Below are positions 38,701 through 52,696 of a DNA stretch of 64,000 nucleotides, piece by piece. The notes under the pieces are model-generated. The model was not told the DNA's origin. It worked only from the letters and a program-made list of their open reading frames with translations, and searched no databases. Numbering within the stretch: the first letter of the stretch is position 1; each line of letters opens with the position of its first letter. Source of the DNA: Octopus sinensis (lineage: Eukaryota); the NCBI RefSeq assembly GCF_006345805.1, contig NC_043025.1, positions 13,206,001 through 13,270,000 on the forward strand, read 5' to 3'. A program made the translations under genes and the position numbers.

Positions 38701-41700
38701 GGGTTAAACTCTGCTTGCGAAAACCTGTTGAGGCAAGTGAAAAACCGAAATCAAATTCGATGACCGGCACCCATGCTAGCGGGGTGCAAAGAGCACCATA
38801 CGAGTGTGATCGTCGACAGAGGGGCTAACCAGCTTCCGTGCCAGTGACATATAAAAGGCACCATTTGAGCATGATCATTACCAGCATCGCCTTACTGGCA
38901 CTTGTGCTGGTGGCATGTGTAAAAGTTTCCAGCGAGGTTGTTGCCAGTACTGCCTGACTGGCCCCTGTGCCAGTGGCACGTAAAAAGCACCCACTACACT
39001 CTCGGAGTGGTTGGCGTTAGGAAGGGCATCCAGCTGTAGAAACTCTGCCAGATCAGATTGGAGCCTGGTGTTGGTGGCACCGAAAAACACCCACTACACT
39101 CTTGGAGTGGTTGGTGTTAGGAAGGGCATCCAGCTGTAGAAACTCTGCCAGATCAGATTGGAGCCTGGTACAGCCATCTGGTTCGCCAGCCCTCAGTCAA
39201 AATCGTCCAACCCATGCTAGCATGGAAAGCAGACGTTAAACGATGATGATGATGATGATGGTAGTGGTGGTGGTGATGATGAAGATGATGATTGTCTTTA
39301 TTTTTTAAGTAACCCCTATTGTATTGAACAAAAGGGTTTTGCGGCCCACGCTTATCATTCTCTCAGTTATCTGGGCCCGCTGTGAAAAATGTTGGGTGAC
39401 CCCTGGTCTAATATATTAGAATGATATTCCCACTTTATTTGATAATGTCCAGGGTACATATATTGGCCCCTTTTCTGTTAATGTTACCCCTAATCCTTAC
39501 CAACTACCCACACTGACATTTACCCTATATCTTTGTGTTTTCCTCAGGTGACAAACCCAGATCAAGCGGTGCAGGACCTGGAGAAATTGTTGGGTCTCAG
39601 TCTTCAGGGATACCTGAAGGGTACAATAAGTGTACCTGAGAGGCTCCGCTTTTCCCGGGAAAACCTTACTACATACCTCACTGAAAGCCTCAATTTACCC
39701 CACCCAGGTAAACCTCTTTGTCATTTTGTGATGTCTGTGATTGCTTGATTGTTAATTAAACCAGTTAATGGCTTGTGTTTAATTAAACTAGTGATGTTTA
39801 ATTAGAGAGCTGATGTTTAATGGCTTATTAATATAACGAACGTTGCCAGTAACACCTGACTGGCCCCCGTGCCGGTAGTACGTAAAAAGCACCCACTACA
39901 CTCTCGGAGTGGTTGGCGTTAGGAAGGGCATCCAGCTGTAGAAACTCTGCCAAATCAAGATTGGAGCCTGGCGCAGCCATCTGGTTCGCTAGCCCTCAGT
40001 CAAAATCGTCCAACCCAGGCTAGCATGGAAAGCGGACGTTAAACGATGATGATGATAATGATATATACACGACAGGCTTCTTTCAGTTTCTGTCTACCAC
40101 ATCCACTCACAAGGCTTTGTTCAGCCCGAGGCTATAGTAGAAGATACTTGCCCAAGGTGTCATGCAGTGGGACTGAACCCGGAACTATGTGGTTTGTAAG
40201 CAAGCTACTTACCACACAGCCACTCCTACGCCTATATATACATATATATATACGATGGGCTTCTTTCAGTTTCTGTCTACCAAATCCACTCACAAGGCTT
40301 TGTTCAGCCCGAGGCTATAGTAGAAGACACTTGCCCAACGTGCCACGCAGTGGGACTGAACCCAGAACCATGTGGTTGGTAAGCAAGCTATTTACCACAC
40401 AGCCACTCCTACACCTATATAGTTATTCTTCAGTTAATTGTTGTGTTGCTTTTATTACAACTTGCCATAAAAACTAGCATTAATACATACATACACATAC
40501 AGGCATATTCAAACATATATATGTGCAGGCGGTGAGCTGGCAGAAACGTTAGCACGCGGGGCGAAATGCTTAGCGGTATTTCGTCTGCCACTACGTTCTG
40601 AGTTCAAATTCCGCCAAGGTCGACTTTACCTTTCATCCTTTTGGGGTCGATAAATAAAGTACCAGTTACGCACTGGGGTCGATGTAATTGACTTAATCCC
40701 TTTGTCTGTCCTTGTTTGTCCCCCTCTGTGTTTAGCCCCTTGTGGGCAATAAAGAAATATATATAAGTGCAGGCATGTTACTACTACATGTACACTATCA
40801 CACCACAAACCACTATTATACTACGACCCCAACTGTACTCCCTACTACCACTACAACCTCAACTATACTCTCTTACTACCACATATACACTATTACACCA
40901 CCAACAACTATTACACTACAACCCCAACTGTACTCTCTCCTACCACGCTACCACCACAACAACCTCAACTATACCCTCTTACTACCACATGTACACTATC
41001 ACACCACAAACCACTATTACACTACGACCCCAACTGTACTCTCTCCTACCACGCTACTACCACTACAACCTCAACTGTACCCTCTTACTACCACAGGTAC
41101 GCTGCCACATATACGCCTGTTTAAACACGGAATGTCCAACCCAACATTTTACCTGAAATTTGGTGATAATGAGTTGGTTCTAAGGAAAAAACCTGTGAGT
41201 AACACTTTACATCCTTACTAAGAACTGTTCTTCCCTTTTCAACCAAGGGTCAGACCCACCCTCTTTCCCTAGATGTTAATTTGAATTTATTTTGAAGTTC
41301 CTGATATTATCTCTCCTCTCTTTTGTTCAGAGTTGCTAATAATTGCTACTAGGTGTTTGTCTACTTTCTCTTTTTTTCTGTGATGGAATTTTCACAAATA
41401 AATCACTCTCCACTTTATTACGTGCTGGTGACACGTAAGAGGTACCTGTGCCTGTGATATATAAGAGGTACCTCTGCTGGTGACACGTAAGAGGGACATC
41501 TGCTGGTCACACATAAAAGTCACCTGTGCCAAGGACACATGAGGCACCTCTGCTGGTAACACATAAAATGCACCTATGTTGGTGGCACATGCTAGTGACA
41601 TGGAAAAGGCACCTATGACATGTAAATAATTGGTTGACCCATGTCAGCATGGGAAACGGTTGCTAAATGATGATGGTGATGTGTATTGTGTGTGTATTTA

Positions 41701-43496
41701 CAGTAAGGGCCGTGTGCTTAAGAGGTTTACTTTTGGCTTCATTCGCACTGTGTGACCCCTTGGGTAAACGTCCTCTACTATAGCCTCAGGCCGACCAAAG
41801 CCTTCTGAGTGGATTCAGGAGATGGAAACTGAAAGAATCCTTTTGTTCACACACCTGTGCAAGGCTTATCCTCCAACACCACTAAATCAATATCTAACTC
41901 TGTCTTACCTTCGTCTCTCCTAGAGTTTGACCTTAACCCTTTAGTATTTAAACCAGCCATATCCAGCCAAAATAGTTAATCTGTTTCATGCTCAAACTGA
42001 CCAGATCCAGGCTCTCACACCTACCCTACAATGTTATTCTACATTAAGTAATTACACCATCAAGATCTTGAAGATATGAGATAATGCATGTTAATTCAAA
42101 TCAATGGGAATCAATAAGCATTATGTTTGATAGGATAATCTGAACGTTAAAGGGTTAAACATCACCCACCCGACCATGTCATTATTTATTATTCTGCATC
42201 ACGTGTCCCTGCCACCTCAGCTGACCCCTAAACCCTTCCGCAGCTACATGTTATCATCTCTTCTTTCTGTCTGTGTCCAGCCAGGGAAGCTGTTGCCATC
42301 TGCGCATGCTGTCGATCGAGAGTTTCGTGTGATGAAAGCCATGGAGGAGCAACATGTCCCCGTGCCGCCCATGTTGGGAATGTGTGACGACACCAGGTAA
42401 AAAGCAACCGAGCTTCTAATAATGTTTTCCTTCTTTAGCCCCAGGTCGGTTCTGATCCAGAGGACCTAGGGGCAAAGCTGTTCCAGCTGTGACCATCCTG
42501 TCTTTTACCGGTGAGTGTGTTACATTATAAGGCACAAAAAGAAAATGACTCTGCCCAGACACAGCAGAATATTTAACAAAACCATCTTTAAATGATGGTC
42601 TGTCTGACCGTCTGCCAAGCAAATGGGAAGCAGTGATTGAGGTAGATGGTGAATATGCTCCAGAATAATCATTTAAAGATGTTATTGTTACATGTTGTTA
42701 TTGTTTTTGTTGAAGAAAAGCCGCAATAATTCTGCCCCAACCCAACCCAATATATCCTGGTCCATGTTGTTACCGATTCCATTTTCTCCCTGCGTCTTCT
42801 TTCCAGCGTCCTGGGGACTGAATTCTATGTGATGGGTTTGGTTCCTGGCGTCCTCTACCTCGACGCACTCCTGCCAAACAAGTCCGACAATGAACGCCAC
42901 AACATCTACACAGCCATGATCGACGCCCTCTGCAAGATACATTCTGTTGATATCGGCAAAGCGAACCTTGACAGCTTCGGGAAGAAAGGTAAGTGGAAGC
43001 GGAGAGAGAGGGTGGGGCGAGGGTGTTTGTGGCAGTGGCCGGCTGAGTATACACACACACATACATATACACACACATGCACACACTTATACATATATAC
43101 ACACACATACTTATACATACACACACACACATATATATATATATATACATACATACATGCACAGACACATGCACATATATATATAGACATATACACACAT
43201 ATACATATACATACACAAATACACACACACACACACATATATATATATACATACATACATGCACATATATATATATATAGACATATACACACATATACAT
43301 ATACACACACACACACTTATACATACACACATGCACAGACACACATACACACACATATATAGACACATACACACATATATACATATACACACACACACTT
43401 ATGCATACACACACTCACACACACATACATGCACAGACACACATATATATAAACACATATATACACACACAAACACATATATACATATATATATAT

Positions 43497-43537
<41 letters not shown>

Positions 43538-43725
43538 AACACACATATACATATATGCATATACACACACATTTATACACACTTTCACTCACACCCTCAT
43601 GTTGTATGTCTCGTTTCTCTGTTTTTTTCAATGTTCGAAAAAAAAGTTCGTTTCTATGTTTTGTTTTTATGTTTTTGGTTCTCATTGTGTTCAACATTCT
43701 TTTGATGTCCTCTACCCACATATGC

Positions 43726-43760
<35 letters not shown>

Positions 43761-43809
43761 GGTATGTACATATATGTATGTATATATGCATATATATATA
43801 TATATATGC

Positions 43810-43843
<34 letters not shown>

Positions 43844-43894
43844 GGTATGTACATATATGTATGTATATATGCATATATATATATATATATATGC

Positions 43895-43926
<32 letters not shown>

Positions 43927-44058
43927 TATGTAGGTATGTACATATATGTATGTATATATGCATATATATATAATATATGCATATATATATACATATATAA
44001 TATATATGTAGGTATGTACATATATGTATGTATATATGCATATATATATTATATATGC

Positions 44059-44093
<35 letters not shown>

Positions 44094-44281
44094 GGTATGT
44101 ACATATATGTATGTATATATGCATATATATATATATATATGCATATACATATACATATATATATATATATGTAGGTATGTACATATATGTATGTATATAT
44201 GCATATATATATATATATGCATATATATATATATGTAGGTATGTACATATATGTATGTATATATGCATATATATATATATA

Positions 44282-44325
<44 letters not shown>

Positions 44326-44338
44326 CATATATATATAT

Positions 44339-44397
<59 letters not shown>

Positions 44398-45307
44398 TGA
44401 GATAGTTGGTATGTGAAAGGACATGGTTAAAATGTGGTGGTGGTGGTAGTAGTGGTGGTAGCAGAGACTCCTTCACCCTGCCAGATAAGGACAAGATGTG
44501 GCTGGAGTGGTAGTAGGGGCTACGTCATTGAGCTTTGCCCCTCGATACTTATTAAAGCAGCAGTTAACCTGTTTCTAACCCTGTTGAACAAGGGTGATGA
44601 TAATCTCTCCTACCTTCTCCGCACCTGTTCCCCCAACCATCACCACCATTACTACTACAGAAGGTGGTGGTGGTGGTTTGGCGTCAGTAACCACTCGGCG
44701 GTTGCAGGGTGGTATTCTCCCACCATCTATAAATGTCTTTTGACCTTTGTTCTTCCCAAAGATATCATCCTTATAACATTTTAAGCAATAATAATAATAA
44801 TAATAATATCTTTTACTTGTTTCAGTCATTTGACTGTGGCCATGCTGGAGTGCTGCCTTTTAGTCAAGCAAATCGACCCCCCAGGACTTATTCTTTGGAA
44901 GCCTAGTTTTCCATGCTAGCATGGGTTGGACAGTTTGACCGGGGTCTGGGAAGCCAGGAGGCTGCACCAGACTCCAATCTGATCTGGCAGTGTTTCTACA
45001 GCTGGATGCCTTTCCTAATGCCAACCACTCCGTGAGTGTAGTGGGTGCTTTTTACGTGCCACCGGCTCAGGTGTCACAACTACAATTTCCACTTGATTTT
45101 TATTTTGATGTTGATGCTGATGTACTTGACTCAATAGGTCTCCTCAAGCACAGCAGGTCACCCTACAATCCAAGGTTAGCACAGCAGGCTGTCCTGCGAT
45201 CCAAGGTACTTTGGATGGGCTGGGGCTATGCGAAACTGGTGCAGGAAACAGCCATGAACTCGCATTACTTGTTGGGTCTTCACAGTCACAGCATATCTCC
45301 AGAGATC

Positions 45308-45339
<32 letters not shown>

Positions 45340-48300
45340 TAAAAGGCACCATTCGTGTGTGATCGTTACCAGCTTTGCCTTACTGGAACTTGTGCCCCGT
45401 GCTAGTGGAGCACTAAGAGCACCATCCAAGCGTGAACGTTGCCAGAGCGGCTATCTGGCCTCTGTGCTGGTGGCACGTAAAAGGGCACCATTCAAGCATG
45501 GTCGTTACCAGCATCGCCTTACTGGCCCCTGTACTGGTGGCATGTGTAAAAAGATTCAAGCGGTCATTGCCAGTACCACTTGACTGGCCCTCGTGCCAGT
45601 GGCACATAAAAGCACCCACTACACTCTCGGAGTGGTTGGCATTAGGAAGGGCATCCAGCTGTAGAAACTCGTCCAACCCATGCCAGCATGGAAAGCGGAC
45701 GTTGAACGATGATAATAATAATGAAATTATTGTATACTGATGCCGGCAGTTTGTTTCATGCTTCAGCAACTCTCAGCGTGAAAAAATGTTTCCTGAAGTC
45801 ATGGGAGCTGTGCTGTTTTCTGACTTTGTAAACATGTCCACGGGTGGAGTTTGAAAAGGTGCTCAGAGTTATTGTTTGTACTATGGTTGATAATTTTATG
45901 GGTGTCTGCCAAGTCAGCTGCCAGACGTCGGAGTTTCAATGTGTCCATGTCCAGGGAAGAAGTAAGGCGTTCAGAATATGGCAAATGCCTGATGGAGGGT
46001 ATTCTTTTGGTTGCACGTCGCTGAACGGCTTCCAAACGATTGATATCCTGGGCAAGATAGGGGTTTAGGGATTCTAGATCAGTGATGCAAGTTCCAGGTG
46101 AGGTCTTACCATAGCTATATATGATGATGATGGTGATTATGTTACACAAAAATGCATAATTGTCCCCTTGTTTCTGTTTGTAGATAATTACATGAAGCGT
46201 AACTTCTCTCGCTGGATGAAGCAATATGAGAACAGTAAAACAGAGGAGATTCCAGCCATGAACGAAATAATCAAATGGATATCCGAGAACCTTCCAGAGA
46301 AAGGAACGACAACTGTAGTCCATGGAGACTTCCGGTATGGAAACAACAGCTTCTCCAATACCTCTTTGCTACAATTAGTCTTTTACCTGACGGAAATAAT
46401 CAATGTGCAGGTGTTAGAATTAAGGTGTAATATTTTAGTCTTTTATTTGTTTTGGACTGTGGCCATGCTGGGGCATTGTCTTGAGGAATTTTTAGTTGAA
46501 CTAATCAACTCCGATGTTTGTTTGCTTTTGAAGCCCGATACTTATTCTGTCGGTTCTCTTTTGCTGAACTGCTAAGTTATGGGGAACATAAACACACCAA
46601 CACTGGTTGTCAGTTGGTGGTGGCAGACAAAGACACACATGCATGCGTGTGCACCCCCCCACACACAACAAGCTTCTTTCAGTTTCTTATTTTTTTATTA
46701 CCCACAAGGGGCTAAACATAGAAGGGACAAACAAGGACAGACAAAGGGATTAAGTCAATTATATCGACCCCAGTGCGCAACTGGTACTTAATTTATCGAC
46801 CCCGAAAGGATGAAAGGCAAAGTTGATCTCGGCAGAATTTGAAATAGCGCAAAGCATTTCACCTGGCGTGCTAATGTTTCTGCCAGCTCACCGCATTTTT
46901 TCAGTTTCCATCTACCAATTCCACTCACAAGTCTTTGGTTGGCCCAAGGCTTTAGTAGAAGACACTTGCCCAAGGTGCTACGCAGTGGGATTGAACCCAA
47001 AACCACATGGTCGAGAAGGAAACTTAGAAAATTTAAATATACATTCTTTTGTAGAATTAATTAGTTTCTGTATTGTAAAGTGGTTGGTATTAGAAAGGGG
47101 ATCCAGCTGTAGAAACCCTGCCAAAACTGACTGCGGAACCCAGGTAGCTCTTTAGATGGTCAGTTCCTTTCCAATTGACCAATCTATGCCAGCCTGGAAG
47201 ATGGACTTTAAGTGATGATGATGATAATATATATATATATCATGTATAATGATGATATCACACACACACACACACATAAATAAATTTAAATTTTAAATGA
47301 GGGTGAAAAATTGGATATTAATTTGATTAACATCAATTTAAAACCAGTGGTCTAGCATATTAAAATCTGAAGGTGCTCGTGCCATGTAAAAATGCACTGG
47401 TCCTGGTGCCACATAAAAGGCACTGGTCCTGGTGTCACACAAAATGCATCCACTACACTCTGTAAAGTGGTTGGCATTAGGAAGGGCATCCAGCCATAGA
47501 AACTGAGCCAAAATGGACTAAGGCACCTGGTGTGACCCCTGGGCTTGCCAGTTCCTGTTGAGTCATCCAACCCATGCCAGCATGGTAAACGGATGGTAAA
47601 TGATGATGATGAGAAAGAAAGTGAGAGACCCATTAGTCATTAGTTTATCTTTCAGATGTTATAACCAACCAATTATTGCACAACAGGTTTAATTAATTAC
47701 ATCGTTATAATATAGAGTTAACTAGCGGCATCGCCCGGCGTTGCTCGGGTTTGTAAGGGAAATAACTATATAAGCATTTTTAGAGATGTAAAGTATAATA
47801 GCCATCTCAATATGGCTAACCACAAAGGGGGGGGGCTGTTACTGTAGCTTTTTACGTTCTGAGATTTAATAATAAACTTTTAGAGAGTTACTTCCCTTAT
47901 ATATGCCAAAAATGCATTAAAAATGGGAAAAATTGATGGTAAATTATTTTTAAAATCGTAGACGCGCGCTAATACCCAGAAGGGCTCGATATGAATCACA
48001 ACTATAAGATACCCGGTTTTGGTTAAACTGCACCACAAAATGTGGGAGTAGTTAGGAATCTAAATCATAGGAGACAGACACACAACTTCACTTTTATATA
48101 TAAAGACTAGCAGTATCGCCCGGCGTTGCTCGGGTTTGTAAGGGAAATAACTATATAATTATTTTTAGAGAGTTATAGCCAAAAAATGCATTAAAAATGG
48201 AAAAAATATGATGGTAAATTTTTTTTAAAATCGTAGACATTTTTAGAGAGCTACTTCCTTATATAATAGCGAAAATATGCATTAAAATGGAAAAAAAATT

Positions 48301-51300
48301 ATGGTAAATTTTTTTTTTAAATCGTAGACTCATCGTAGACGTGCGCTAATACCCAGAAGGGCTCGATATGAATCACGACTATAAGATACCTGGTTTTGGT
48401 TAAACTGCACCGCAAAATGTGGGAGTAGTTAGGAATCTAAATCGAAGGGGACAGATACTCACACACACAACTTCAGTTTTATATATAAAGATTAGTTGCT
48501 ATGCTGTTTTGTTCATTACCTGATTATTTTCTCTCACCTTTCATCTAACAGAATCCCTTTGTTTTTTCTTCTTTTTTTTTTCAGTTTAGATAACCTCATC
48601 TACAGTGATAAAAGTGACGATGTTTTGGCTGTGATTGACTGGGAGCTCTCCACCCTCGGCGATCCACTCTCAGACTTGGCTACCTGCTGTTTTATGTATT
48701 ATGTACCGTCCAGGCTTCCGATCCTGCCGGGTCTGTCTGCTCTTTGTCTCCTTACACCCATCTCCTCCACCTCACTCTCCCTCTTTCCTCACCTGTAATT
48801 TGTTTACGGTGATCCCCCGATTATTTCTCCCAGTTATTCTATAACGACTCGAATATCATACGAGAGACAATCTCTCTTACCAGCTCACAGCGCACCCTAT
48901 CTGGTTTCTGTGATTGAAGAGGAGATAACCATTTTAAAATGCAAGCATTTCAGAGTGGTTATCTCCTCTTTAATCATAGGTGTGTGGAGGCGCAACGGCC
49001 CAGTGGTTAGGGCAGCAGACTCACGGTCATAGGATCGCGGTTTCAATTCCCAGACCAGGCGTTGTGAGTGTTTATTGAGCGAAAACACCTAAAGTTCCAT
49101 GAGGCTCCGGCAGGGGATGGTGGTGATCCCTGCTGTACTCTTTCACCACAACTTTCTCTCACTTTTACTTCCTGTTTATGTTGTACCTGTATTTCAAGGG
49201 GCCGGCCTTGTCACTCTCTGTGTGACGCTGAATATCCCCGAGAACTACGTTGAGGGTACACATGTGTGGGGTGCTCAGCCACTTACACGTTAATTTCACG
49301 AGCAGGCTGTTCCGTTGATTCGGATCAACCAGAACCCTCGTCGTCGTAACCGACGGAGTGCTTCCATTTCAAAGGGCCGGCCTTGTCACTCTCTGTGTCA
49401 CGCTGAATATCCCCGAGAACTACGTTAAGGGTACACGTGTCTGTGGAGTGCTCAGCCACTTACACGTTAATTTCACGAGCAAGCTGTTCCGTTGATTTGG
49501 ATCAACTGGAACCCTCATCGTCGTAACTGACGGAGTGCTTATTGATCGAATCATAGGTGTAGGTGGCGCTGTGAGCAAACTTTACTCACTTGTACTTGTG
49601 ACGGTGTTCACTCAGGGCGGGTTGAGCCGGCTTCTTCTCTGGTCCTGACGGCATAGTGGGATTCATACAAGAAGTTTCGTGGGAATATTGAATTCACAAG
49701 CGGTCCCCCGACATTCCGCATGCATATCCCGAGTGACGGGACGCCCTGCTTGCTGCGGAGTCTCCACAGACCTAGGGACAGAACGACCTCGAAGCCGTCA
49801 GTTGCCAATCAGACGATTCTTGGAATTTTCACCGGAGCCTCGTTGGCCAGGCTGCGGCCCTAATACCACTCGGTGCCAGACCAATCCGCCTTGGGTGGCC
49901 CTACCAGGAACTGAACTTCCCGACCGCATAGCTCTGACGCTGCCCGTTTACACCACCCTACCGCTTTGAGGAGGGGTTGGACTTTAGGGAGGAAACTTTA
50001 GGTGTATTTACATCATGTCAAAATAGAGGGAATACTTTTTTTTTAAGGGATCAAATAAGCCCCAAGCATATTTCCATCAGGAGAAACCTAGTATCTTAAC
50101 TAACATTGTTAACCCAAATTTTACAGATCTTTTCGGTTTGAACGGCAGTTTTTTCTAGCAGTGTCATATGAAATTGTCACCCATAGTTATGACCCTAGTA
50201 TCAATCTATTGCATTTCAATTTGTTTTAGGATTAGGGTTAGGGGTGGGGGGAAGGGTATCTTTTTTTCTTCACAAATGTAAATAAACCCAATCTGTTTCT
50301 TAAACGAGGGACATATTCATATGGCACAGAATGTTACTTACCTCAATAGACGTCATTGATTGGTTGAAATTGCAGAAACTGAAGTAAAAAAAACCAACAA
50401 ATATCTTACAAACTATAGAATTTTCTCAATAAAGCCAAGAGAAAAAGATGTTTTATAAACACATTCTACCAGTTTACGAAGTTTAAAATTTTTTAGTCAC
50501 CTAGAAATTGTTAAAAACTGCCGTTCAAACCGAAAAGATCCCTGTTTCTTAAACAAGGGACATATTCATACGGCACAGAATGTTTTTTACCTCAATAGAC
50601 ATCATTAATTGGTTGAAATTGCAGAAAAAACAACAACAAATATCTTACAAACTCTAGAATTTTCTCAATAAAGCCAAGAGAAAAAGATGTTTCATAAACA
50701 CATTCTACCAGTATACGAAGTCTAAAAGTGTTTAGTTACCTAGAAATTATGTTAAAAAACTGCCGTTCAAACCGAAAAGATCCAATTTTACCATTGTTAG
50801 CCATAACTCACTAAAACCCCTTCTGTTTCTGGTGTCGTTTCAGGTCTTAGTGATGTGGCCCTCACGCAGTACGGAATCCCCAGCATTGACCAAATCCTAA
50901 CTCAGTATTGTTCCACCCGTAACATTCCACCAATAGAAAACTGGAATTTCTATGTTATTTATACGTTCTTCAGGTTTGCGGCAATATTACAAGGAGTGTA
51001 CAAAAGGGCCACTGTGGGTAAGCAAGCATTTATATACTGGGTTCAGGGGTTTTAATGTTGATTTCTCTTTTCAGTTTTTTTACTGCTGTTAGTCATCAGA
51101 CTGTGGTCACCTTAGAGAAATTTAGTTGACCCTAGGCGCAGGAGTGGCTGTGTGGTAAGTAGCTTGTTTACCAACCACATGGTTCCGGGTTCAGTCCCAC
51201 TGCGTGGCATCTTGGGCAAGTGTTTTCTACTATAGCATCGGGCCGACCAAAACCTTGTGAGTGGATTTAGTAGACGGAAACTGAAAGAAGCCTGTCGTAT

Positions 51301-52613
51301 ATATGTATATATATATATATGTGTATGTGTGTGTATGTTTGTGTGTGTGTGTTTGTCCCCCCAACATCGCTTGACCACCAATGCTGGTGTGTTTACGTCC
51401 CTGTAACTTAGCAGTTTGGCAAAAGAGACCGATAGAATAAGTACTAGGCTTACAAAGAATAAGACCTGGGGTGAATATGCTCGACTAAAGGCGGTGCTCC
51501 AGCATGGCCGCAATCAAATGACTGAAACAAGTAAAAGGGAGTAAAGAGCATAGCAGCTTGCTGGTACGTATAGACATACAGCTCATCATCAATCTTGACA
51601 CAGAATTAGATGTACTCCTTGATAGACACAGACACACATCTCAGTGCAAGCTTGACACAAGGTTACACTCGTTGGCTCTCATGGCTTCTGATCTTAACTG
51701 ATTGGAAGTGTTATCATGGACATTGTTTTGTCTTGGTATAAAAGATGGGCTACAGCAAATATTCTGCTCAATACCACAGATTTGCTTGTCAGTTGTTTGA
51801 CCTTAACCAGTTGAGCATGTCCCTTGGTGGCTGACGATATGTGCATCTCTGATCACGAGCAGAAGTAGTGGGGGAGCATCATAGCCATGTGTTGAAAGGG
51901 ATTCTTTGGGGTTTGGATAATTCACCTCTGGAAACATGGGTGTTTCCTTCAACATCCCTAAACAATCCTTGTTCAGGGACCTTTTGAGCAGGATGGGTTA
52001 CTCAACCTGAAGAAAATTCTAACTGGGCCCCACCTGCAAGGTCATGTGCTGTTTATCTTGATATGAGATCACCATGTCGCGCACATATGGTTGTGATGCA
52101 TGTGCCTGGTGTACCCTTATCAGACGGGTAGTCATGATGGGTATACTGGGCTTCGTATATTTTACCCCAGTGTCACTTCGATGGCATGCACTGCTCTCTC
52201 ACTCAATAATAATAATATTAATAATTAATTCTTTTTATTGGCCATACAGGTCTGACAAATATGATTGGAAAACATAAAGGGACAAAACAGGACGAAAGGT
52301 TACAATAATAATAATGATAATAATAATAATAATGTATTTTAATTTAACTTTAAAAAAAAAAAAAATGAACGAACTATTGAGTTTGGTTTAATGGCCTACC
52401 AATGTATACTATGAATTTCTTTGCCCTAGGAGTCGGGAAGACACTCGGCCAGAAATGGAAGCAAATTTGAAAGAAGAAGAAAAAAGTAATAATAATAATA
52501 ATAATAATAATAATGATAATAATAATAATAATAATAATGATGATAATAATAATGATATAATAATAATAATAATAATGATGATAATAATAATGATAATAAT
52601 AATAATAATAATA

Positions 52614-52696
<83 letters not shown>

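Noticed and set aside
49600-49975. GC-rich unique segment in intron 10 with short ORFs
   Set aside because: Not needed for the ACAD10 frame; most likely a LINE 5' fragment, but the family cannot be established from sequence alone
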